Assembly: GCA_034434315.1 (NCBI GenBank)
Contig: DAOTZR010000037.1
Span: 1 to 53,475 of the forward strand
Reading direction: 5' to 3'
Source of the DNA: Anaerolineae bacterium
Lineage (GTDB): Bacteria > Chloroflexota > Anaerolineae > B4-G1 > SLSP01
Length of the DNA stretch: 53,475 nt
The notes under the pieces are model-generated. The model saw only the letters and a list, made by a program, of their open reading frames with translations, did no database searches and was not told the origin of the DNA. A program made the position numbers and the translations under genes. Shown here one piece after another: positions 9,212 through 15,304 of the stretch. Every line of letters starts with the position of its first letter. Within the stretch, counting starts at the first letter, position 1.

Positions 9212-9216
9212 TTAAC

Positions 9217-11076
9217 GTGAGTCGTAACCGTTTTTTGAACCGTCTGAATCGTGGTCCGTGGCCCCTGCTCAGCGATGGGGCGATGGGGACCCAGTTACAT
9301 GCGCATGGTATCAGCCTGTCGGCCTGCTTCGATGCGCTCAATCTGACCCAGCCGGAGCTGGTCGCCGAGATTCATCGCGCTTACGTCACAGCCGGTGCGG
9401 AGATTATCCAGACCAATACCTTTGGGGCCAATCGCTTTAAGCTGGCCCGGCATGACCTGGAGCATCAGATTGAAGCCATTAACCGCGCCGGTGTGGAGCT
9501 GGCCCGCCGTGTGGCTGCGGAATTCCCGGAACGCGAAATCCTGATCGCCGGAGATGTTGGCCCGTTGGGCGTGCGTCTGGCGCCCTTTGGTCGGGTCCAG
9601 CTCGAAGAGGCACGGGCAGCCTTCGCGGAGCAAATTCGCATCCTAGCCGAAGCCGGTGTAGATTTCATCCTCATCGAAACCATCAGCGATTTGTACGAAG
9701 CCCGTGAGGCCGTCGCAGCGGCACGTGAAGTCTGTGACCTGCCGGTCCTGGTCTCGATGACCTTCACGCGCGACAATGTGACGCTGCTGGGGGATACGCC
9801 TGCCCAGGTAGCGCAGGTGCTCGCCACAAGCGGCGCCGATGTGATTGGGGTGAACTGTTCGGTAGGCCCGGCGCAAGCCTTGCGCATTCTCCAAATCATG
9901 CATCAGGCCGCCCCCAACGCGCGCTTCAGTGTAATGCCCAACGCCGGTTGGCCTGAACAGGTCGGGGATCGGGTCATGTATCCCGCCGGACCGGAGTATT
10001 TTGGCGATTACACGCACGCGTTCCGAGAAGCCGGGGCCAGCATCGTCGGTGGGTGTTGCGGGACTACGCCGGCCCACATCGTGGCCATGCGCGCGGCGCT
10101 GGACAATCCTCAGCCATCAGTCAGTCTGAGCCTCAGCGCCCTGCCGGTGGAAGAGGAGAGCTTCTGGCCCTCAGAACACCCTTCGCGGCTGGCGCAAAAA
10201 CTCGCAGCAGGCCAGTTTGTGTACATGGTCGAACTCGATCCACCCCGTGGACCGGCAGCTAAGAAACTGATTGCCGGCGCCAGCCTGTTGCAGGAAGCCG
10301 GCGCGGACGTCATCAGCGTGGCGGATAGCCCCATGGCACGTATGCGCATGAGTCCCTGGGGCCTGTGTGCCCTGATCCAGCAGCAAATTGGCATCGAAAC
10401 CACGTTGCACTTCCCTACCCGTGGACGCAATCTGCTGCGCTTGCAGGGGGATCTGTTGGCTGCACATGCCCTGGGTATCCGCAATGTCTTTATCATCCTG
10501 GGCGACCCTACCACCATCGGCGATTACCCTCAGGCCAGCAATGCTTATGATCTGGTTACGCCGGGGCTCATCAAACTCATCAAAGAGAATTTCAATCAGG
10601 GCCGCGATTACAGCGGAGCCGAGTTGAATCAGCCCACGAATTTCTTTGTGGGCTGCGCAGCCAATCCTACGGCCCAAAACCTGGAAGAAGAATTGCGCAA
10701 CCTGCACGGCAAGATCGAGTCCGGCGCGGATTTTATTCTCACCCAGCCTATTTTTGAGGTGGAAGTGCTACAACACTACCTGCACAGCTACGCCGAACGT
10801 TTTGGCCCACTGGAACGCCCGTTGATTATCGGGGTTCTGCCCCTTTACAGTCACCGCCATGCGGAATTTCTGCATCACGAAGTGCCGGGGATTACCATCC
10901 CAGAAGGCATTCGCCAGCGCATGCGTGAAGCGGGTAGCGAAGCCGCGCGCGAGGGGGTGCGCATCGCGGAAGAATTCATCCAGGCCGTACGTCCTTACGT
11001 CCAGGGGGTCTACATCATGCCCGCCTTCAATCGCTTTGATCTGGTAGCCAGCCTGCTGGAAAAGGTCAAGGCCTGA
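9217..11076 (+). CDS. Bifunctional homocysteine S-methyltransferase / 5,10-methylenetetrahydrofolate reductase (YitJ-like fusion)
   Basis: 619 aa, GTG start after AGGAGG. The N-terminal Hcy-binding domain carries the zinc-ligand motif GGCCGTTPAHI. The C-terminal ~290 aa are MTHFR-like (TTLHFPTRGRN, FILTQPIF). Confidence 0.85.
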   Translation: MSRNRFLNRLNRGPWPLLSDGAMGTQLHAHGISLSACFDALNLTQPELVAEIHRAYVTAGAEIIQTNTFGANRFKLARHDLEHQIEAINRAGVELARRVAAEFPEREILIAGDVGPLGVRLAPFGRVQLEEARAAFAEQIRILAEAGVDFILIETISDLYEAREAVAAAREVCDLPVLVSMTFTRDNVTLLGDTPAQVAQVLATSGADVIGVNCSVGPAQALRILQIMHQAAPNARFSVMPNAGWPEQVGDRVMYPAGPEYFGDYTHAFREAGASIVGGCCGTTPAHIVAMRAALDNPQPSVSLSLSALPVEEESFWPSEHPSRLAQKLAAGQFVYMVELDPPRGPAAKKLIAGASLLQEAGADVISVADSPMARMRMSPWGLCALIQQQIGIETTLHFPTRGRNLLRLQGDLLAAHALGIRNVFIILGDPTTIGDYPQASNAYDLVTPGLIKLIKENFNQGRDYSGAELNQPTNFFVGCAANPTAQNLEEELRNLHGKIESGADFILTQPIFEVEVLQHYLHSYAERFGPLERPLIIGVLPLYSHRHAEFLHHEVPGITIPEGIRQRMREAGSEAAREGVRIAEEFIQAVRPYVQGVYIMPAFNRFDLVASLLEKVKA

Positions 11077-11100
11077 ACTAACCGGGTGATTTAAGTTAAA

Positions 11101-11131
11101 GGGCAGGCGACGGCAATGCCGTCGCCTGCCC
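11101..11131 (+). terminator. Perfect 13-14-bp GC-rich hairpin downstream of the fusion gene (terminator-like, no U-tract)
   Basis: GGGCAGGCGACGG-CAATG-CCGTCGCCTGCCC, 25 nt after the stop. No T-run follows on the + strand, so its function is uncertain. Confidence 0.4.
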
Positions 11132-11221
11132 TGAGCAGAACATTTCAGGCGTTTCATCGGCCCCCAAAACATCGCCTCCCCTTAAAACTTAATGCAAGAT
11201 GAAGCCCATGGCGCAGGCCGG

Positions 11222-11249
11222 TTGCGTATAGGCCGTTTTGTGGTAGTAT
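11222..11249 (+). promoter_or_regulatory. Sigma70-type promoter of rpsF-ssb-rpsR
   Basis: TTGCGT(11222-11227), 16-nt spacer, TAGTAT(11244-11249), preceded by an extended -10 TG (TTTGTGgTAGTAT). Confidence 0.55.
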
Positions 11250-11264
11250 TGGCTTCGCTCTTTC

Positions 11265-11290
11265 GCGTTCTGGCCGCGCAACCAGAACGC
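11265..11290 (+). promoter_or_regulatory. rpsF leader hairpin (possible S6:S18 autoregulatory element)
   Basis: 9-bp stem GCGTTCTGG/CCAGAACGC with an 8-nt loop, between the promoter and the ribosome-binding site. S6:S18 is known to bind structured rpsF leaders in many bacteria. I did not verify the motif-level match. Confidence 0.3.
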
Positions 11291-11318
11291 AAACCCATGA
11301 AAGAAAAGGAGGTAAACG

Positions 11319-11753
11319 TTGGGTACGCGCAATTACGAGTTGTTGTTCATTGCTAATCCGGAACTGGATTCGGCGGCCTTTGAGAGCCTGTTGGGTAAAG
11401 TCAATGGCTACCTGCAGGCGGCTGGGGGTGTGGTCTACCACACCGAGGATTGGGGACTGCGGCGCATGGCCTACCCCATCAACCACTACCGTGAGGGCCA
11501 TTATTACCTGATCCGCTTCACGATGGATTCCCTCAAGGTTAAGAGCTTCGAGCGCAACCTCTACCTGGCCGAAGGGGTCATGCGTGAGCTGATCACGCTG
11601 GACCTGCCTAAAGTGAGCAAGAAAGCTGCCGCTAAGGCAGCTGTGGCCGAGGAGAGCGCCGAAGCCGAAGCGCCAGTCAGTGCCAGCGAAGTCGAACCGA
11701 TGGAATCCGTCGCAGACGAGCCGGCGGGTGACGCTACTGCTACTGCGGCCTAG
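11319..11753 (+). CDS. rpsF: 30S ribosomal protein S6 (acidic/Ala-rich C-terminal tail)
   Basis: TTG start after AAGGAGG. The sequence RNYELLFIANPELD...WGLRRMAYPI is typical of S6. Confidence 0.93.
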   Translation: MGTRNYELLFIANPELDSAAFESLLGKVNGYLQAAGGVVYHTEDWGLRRMAYPINHYREGHYYLIRFTMDSLKVKSFERNLYLAEGVMRELITLDLPKVSKKAAAKAAVAEESAEAEAPVSASEVEPMESVADEPAGDATATAA

Positions 11754-11776
11754 CCTGCCCCAAGAGGATAGCCAGC

Positions 11777-12196
11777 ATGGTCCGTAGCCTGAACAAAGTC
11801 ATGATCATCGGTCGCCTGGGACGCGATCCAGAGATGCGCTTTACCGCAACCGGACGCGCCGTGAGCACCTTTAGCGTGGCGACGACACGAGGCTGGACCA
11901 GCAACGACGGGACCAATCACGAAGAAGTGGAATGGTTCCACGTTATCACATGGGGTAGCCTGGCGGAGCTGTGCAAAAAGCGCCTGCACAAAGGCTCCCT
12001 GGTCTATGTGGAGGGGCGGCTGCAAACACGCTCCTGGAAGACTTCCGAGGGTGATACTCACTATCGTACGGAGCTGGTAGCTCAAGAGTTGATCTTCCTG
12101 GAAGATACAACTCCCGAAACGGGGTACAAAGTAGACAGCGAGCCGGAATCCGAGGAATTCCCGTTCGATGCCGATGAAGCCCCGCTTGAAGCCTGA
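11777..12196 (+). CDS. ssb: Single-stranded DNA-binding protein
   Basis: 139 aa with OB-fold LNKVMIIGRLGRDPEMRFT and an acidic C-terminal tip DSEPESEEFPFD. Confidence 0.95.
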   Translation: MVRSLNKVMIIGRLGRDPEMRFTATGRAVSTFSVATTRGWTSNDGTNHEEVEWFHVITWGSLAELCKKRLHKGSLVYVEGRLQTRSWKTSEGDTHYRTELVAQELIFLEDTTPETGYKVDSEPESEEFPFDADEAPLEA

Positions 12197-12226
12197 ATCT
12201 GAATTTCAACGAAAAAAGAGGAGTGC

Positions 12227-12529
12227 ATGGTGAACGGTTATAGTCAGGACCAACAGAGCAATCGCCGCGAAGGATCTCGCCGCCCAGCGGGTGGGCGTTT
12301 TGCCCCGCACCGCCGCAAGAGCTGCTACATGTGCAGCGAGGGCCTTCAGGAAATGGATTACAAGGATGTCGCGACGCTGAAGCACTTTATCACGGAGCGC
12401 GGTAAGATTCGTCCGCGCCGGCAGACGGGCCTGTGCGCCAAGCATCAGCGCCGGGTCGCGGCAGCGATTAAGCGTGCGCGCATCGTAGCTCTGCTCCCCT
12501 ACGTCGCCGAACCGACGCCGGAGCGCTAG
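12227..12529 (+). CDS. rpsR: 30S ribosomal protein S18
   Basis: 100 aa with the S18 signature [41 protein letters not shown]. Confidence 0.95.
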   Translation: MVNGYSQDQQSNRREGSRRPAGGRFAPHRRKSCYMCSEGLQEMDYKDVATLKHFITERGKIRPRRQTGLCAKHQRRVAAAIKRARIVALLPYVAEPTPER

Positions 12530-12593
12530 GATCATCATCAACCTAAACCGGGCATAGGGTCTCCTGTGCCCGGTATCTTATGCAGGAGAGCGC

Positions 12594-13745
12594 ATGGGTA
12601 AAAACAAAGTTATTGAAGTTAAGGAAACCCGCAAGCAAATCTCGCGCCGGGAACAGGAAGCCCTCTGGGAGCGGCGGATCAAGCTCATAACCGCCGCTGT
12701 TATCGTTCTGATTGTGGGGGTCCTGCTCTTTGGGGTGGTTAACGAGCTGGTGCTCAAGCCCAACGCCACCATCGCCAAAGTCGGTGAGACCCCCATCAAG
12801 GCCTCTTACTTCCAGGCACGTGTACGTTATCAGCGCTTGCAAATCAAGTCCCAGATAGCTCAGTATCAGAATTTCCTTTCCCAGCTCGATCCTAATGACG
12901 AGCAGATGGCCTCCATCTACCAACAGTTCCAGGCCCAGGCCAGCAGCCTGGAAAATCAGCTCAAACCCGAACTGGCCACTCTGCTGGGTGGGCAGGTGCT
13001 GGATCAGATTATTGAAGAGGAACTGGTACGGCAGGAAGCCGCGACGCGCGGGCTGAGCCTCAGCGCCGATGAAGTTACCCAATACATCGAGCAGATGATG
13101 GGCTACGATCGGACCCAAGTCTACACCGATACCACGAATCTGCCCAGCGGTGTTCTGACCAGCGAAGCGGAGTTCAACGAGGTTTACTCGAACTTCAAGA
13201 AAAACTGGCTGGACGTGGCCCAACTGCGGGAGCCGGAATTTCGCGCCATGGTTGAGGCTGAGTTGTTGCGCTCCAAACTGCAGGAAGCTCTGGGAGCTGA
13301 CCTGGAAAAAACCGCCGATCAGGTGCTGGTCACGTTCTTCCGCCTGCCTGATGAGGCTTCGGCCCAGGATCTGTATCAGCGGTTCAAGAACGGCGAAAGT
13401 GTGGATGCCCTGGTAAAGGCGCTGCAAGAGGACGACAAGGATGACACCTTCGCCTATGCCATGACGGAATGGCAGCCTGTGGGTTTCTATAGCACGCAAT
13501 TCAGCGCCGAGCTGGAGAAGGTGATCTTTAATACCCCTGTCAACAAGATGTCGCAGCCGCAGCCTGGGTCAGACGGATCGAGTTATTACCTGTTTTACAT
13601 CAACGGGCATGAGATGCGGGAATTGAGCGAAAGCGTCCTGCAGCAGAAAATCGAGGCCCGTTATAACGAATGGCTGCAACAGGCACGCAACGAACGCACA
13701 CAAACCCTGGACGTCTGGCAGAAGTTCGTCCCCACAACGCCCTAG
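12594..13745 (+). CDS. Membrane-anchored SurA-N/PpiD-like periplasmic chaperone-type protein
   Basis: 383 aa with an N-terminal TM anchor (LITAAVIVLIVGVLLFGVV) followed by a Gln/Glu-rich helical chaperone-like region. I saw no clear parvulin signature, so the call is at family level only. Confidence 0.55.
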   Translation: MGKNKVIEVKETRKQISRREQEALWERRIKLITAAVIVLIVGVLLFGVVNELVLKPNATIAKVGETPIKASYFQARVRYQRLQIKSQIAQYQNFLSQLDPNDEQMASIYQQFQAQASSLENQLKPELATLLGGQVLDQIIEEELVRQEAATRGLSLSADEVTQYIEQMMGYDRTQVYTDTTNLPSGVLTSEAEFNEVYSNFKKNWLDVAQLREPEFRAMVEAELLRSKLQEALGADLEKTADQVLVTFFRLPDEASAQDLYQRFKNGESVDALVKALQEDDKDDTFAYAMTEWQPVGFYSTQFSAELEKVIFNTPVNKMSQPQPGSDGSSYYLFYINGHEMRELSESVLQQKIEARYNEWLQQARNERTQTLDVWQKFVPTTP

Positions 13746-13770
13746 ACGGGTTGAGCTTGACGGCTAACCA

Positions 13771-13806
13771 ACAACGCCCTTTCAGTAAAGAAGGGGCGTT
13801 GTTTTT
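13771..13806 (+). terminator. Intrinsic terminator of the SurA-like gene
   Basis: ~12-bp stem ACAACGCCCTTT/AAGGGGCGTTGT with loop CAGTAAAG, followed by TTTTT. Confidence 0.8.
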
Positions 13807-13863
13807 ACTCTTTCAGTCGCCTTACCCCTCTCATCCCCCCATTCTCCCCTTGATGAATGTTAA

Positions 13864-14139
13864 GAATTTAATCAGGTAACGGCTGGATAGCCGAATGGGA
13901 GTGGAGAGAGCAAGCCCGGCGATGATGCGGTGATTGAAATCACCTCGTTGGGCCTACGCCGACCGGGTCATGCGTTGGCGCAGGCCGACGCCCGGCACCG
14001 CAGGGGCCTTCGTCCTGAACGGGGTGGAAGCTCCACCTTGTAGCTGGATAGCTTCGGCCTCCGGCGCCCTCCGCGCTGGAACGTCGCGCCGTCCGGTTGC
14101 CCGTCATGCGCCACCGTGCCTTGTTACCCGATTAAATTT
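13864..14139. other. Inverted-repeat-closed GC-rich non-coding module (candidate structured RNA gene or MITE-like element)
   Basis: 17-nt terminal inverted repeat: GAATTTAATCAGGTAAC (13864-13880) versus the reverse complement of 14123-14139, AAATTTAATCGGGTAAC (15/17 identical). Interior hairpins are GGTGAT-TGAA-ATCACC (13929-13944) and GGTGGA-AGC-TCCACC (14023-14037). The 10-mer GCTGGATAGC occurs twice (13882-13891 and 14043-14052). No credible ORF. Confidence 0.5.
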
Positions 14140-14179
14140 TAAAACTTCATAAGGGGAAAAGTGGGGGCTTAAGATGTAC

Positions 14180-14213
14180 CTCCTCTCCTCTCCCTTTTGG
14201 GAGAGGAGAGGAG
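14180..14213. repeat. Perfect 15-bp polypyrimidine/polypurine hairpin (CTCCTCTCCTCTCCC-TTTT-GGGAGAGGAGAGGAG)
   Basis: I checked the pairing base by base: 14180-14194 pairs with 14199-14213 around a TTTT loop. No U-tract follows on either strand, so it is not a canonical terminator. Confidence 0.8.
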
Positions 14214-14214
14214 A

Positions 14215-14311
14215 GGAGAGCAGGCCAGGGGGTGAGGTGAGGGCCAAAGTCAGCGCCACCAGGCGTCCAGAACTATTCGAAATTTAGTTTAACAAGGCAG
14301 AAGGCAGTTAC
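14215..14311 (+). repeat. Dispersed repeat unit, copy A (G-rich GGGGTGAGGTGAGGG arm plus AT-rich core TATTCGAAATTTAGTTTAACA)
   Basis: It aligns by eye, at roughly four-fifths identity with small gaps, to the reverse complement of 53387-53475. Perfectly shared blocks are the 21-mer at 14274-14294 (= rc 53399-53419) and the 12-mer CAAAGTCAGCGC at 14245-14256 (= rc 53434-53445). Confidence 0.8.
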
Positions 14312-14517
14312 TTGCTTTTTCAAAAAGCGCGGAATCTACCTGCCCTATCCCCAAGAGACTGCAGGCAGAGCTTCCGGGTCTGATCCATACGGAAGGAGGT
14401 ACCGGGAATGCATCGTCATGTCTTTGCGGCTCTGGGTGAGATGAAAAAAACGGCCATCTCGGTGCATTTCCCAAACGTGCAGTTTGGCTCAAACGCGTTC
14501 CAGTTTCATTCCACGGC

Positions 14518-15270
14518 TCAGGCCAGCAAAGTGCGCAGAGCGGCAAAGATCAGAATGCCGGCCAGAATGCGTTTGAGTGTGAGCTGATCCAGCTTTTGGG
14601 AGCCATACCCTGCCCCGATATAGCCCCCTACCAGGACGGCGGTAATCCATAACGGGACAAAGCCGGGCAGCGCAGGCACATGTGCAAGCTGGCCGGCCAG
14701 ACCTGAGGCGGAGTTGACCAGAATAAAGGCCGAAGAGAGCGCTGAGACCTGGCGGGGTTCGGCCCATCGCTTTAAGTGCAAGAGCGGGCTTAGAAAAATA
14801 CCACCGCCAATGCCCGTGATACCGGCGATAAACCCAATCCCTGCGCCCCAAAGCAAGGCCTGGACTCTGGGCAGAGGATTAACATTACCGGGGACCTTGT
14901 TGGTCTGGTGCGGTAAGGTGCTCCAGATCAACCGGTATGCGGAATAAAGCAGCACGGAAGCAATGAGAACGCGGTAAATTTCCGGCGCGATACGAACCCG
15001 CCCCCCTACAAAGGCCATGGGAATTGAGGTAACTACAAAAGGCCAGTATAAAGACCAGCGAAATAACCCGGCGCGCGCGTAACGATAGGTCCCCACGATG
15101 GACACGGTCAGATTCAAAATCAGTGCCACAGGCCGCATAATCGCGGGGGAAAGCCCCCACAGTGCCATCATCGCGATGTAGCCTGATGCTCCAGCCTGGC
15201 CAACGGAGGCATACATGGCGGCAATGCCACTCATCAGAAAAGCCAGAATAAGCCCGGTTGCAATGTCCAA
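14518..15270 (-). CDS. TauE/SafE family sulfite/anion exporter-type membrane protein
   Basis: 250 aa with about 7-8 TM helices and a Gly-rich repeat architecture typical of the family (GIGGGIFLSPLL). Confidence 0.75.
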   Translation of the reverse strand: MDIATGLILAFLMSGIAAMYASVGQAGASGYIAMMALWGLSPAIMRPVALILNLTVSIVGTYRYARAGLFRWSLYWPFVVTSIPMAFVGGRVRIAPEIYRVLIASVLLYSAYRLIWSTLPHQTNKVPGNVNPLPRVQALLWGAGIGFIAGITGIGGGIFLSPLLHLKRWAEPRQVSALSSAFILVNSASGLAGQLAHVPALPGFVPLWITAVLVGGYIGAGYGSQKLDQLTLKRILAGILIFAALRTLLA

Positions 15271-15304
15271 TGTGAAGCTCCTGGTAAGAAAGAAGAAATC
15301 GAGG

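Noticed and set aside
8900-9216. SAM-I/SAM-IV, SAH, THF riboswitch or T-box upstream of the metF-like fusion
   Set aside because: I looked for the conserved cores (GAGGGA...GCAACC and AGATGAG for SAM-I; CAGGCTCGGA and AACGGCGCTC for SAH; GGTGGTACCGCG for T-box) and found none. Only a generic structured leader is reported.
12543-13499. 318-aa ORF on the - strand
   Set aside because: It is antisense to the SurA-like gene, which has a TM anchor, a ribosome-binding site and a coherent chaperone-like sequence. The minus ORF is a Leu/Gln-rich shadow.
13864-14139. Retron msr/msd or TnpB/IscB omega-RNA interpretation of the IR-closed module
   Set aside because: The terminal inverted repeats superficially resemble retron a1/a2. 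However, no reverse transcriptase, TnpB, IscB or TnpA gene lies within several kb on either side, so I retain it only as an unclassified structured element.
13934-14152. 72-aa ORF inside the IR-closed module
   Set aside because: It has no ribosome-binding site and an Arg/Ala/Pro-rich composition typical of random GC-rich frames. It also spans the 3' inverted-repeat arm.
14199-14222. Short GAGAGGA-type purine repeats that might suggest a CRISPR or tandem-repeat array
   Set aside because: There is only one short polypurine run, which forms half of a hairpin. There is no repeat-spacer periodicity and there are no cas genes.
14270-14300. The AT-rich 21-mer of the repeat as a possible dif (Xer) site
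   Set aside because: It aligns poorly to the XerC-arm/6-bp/XerD-arm consensus when compared by eye. A dif site should be unique, but this motif occurs at least twice in inverted orientation.
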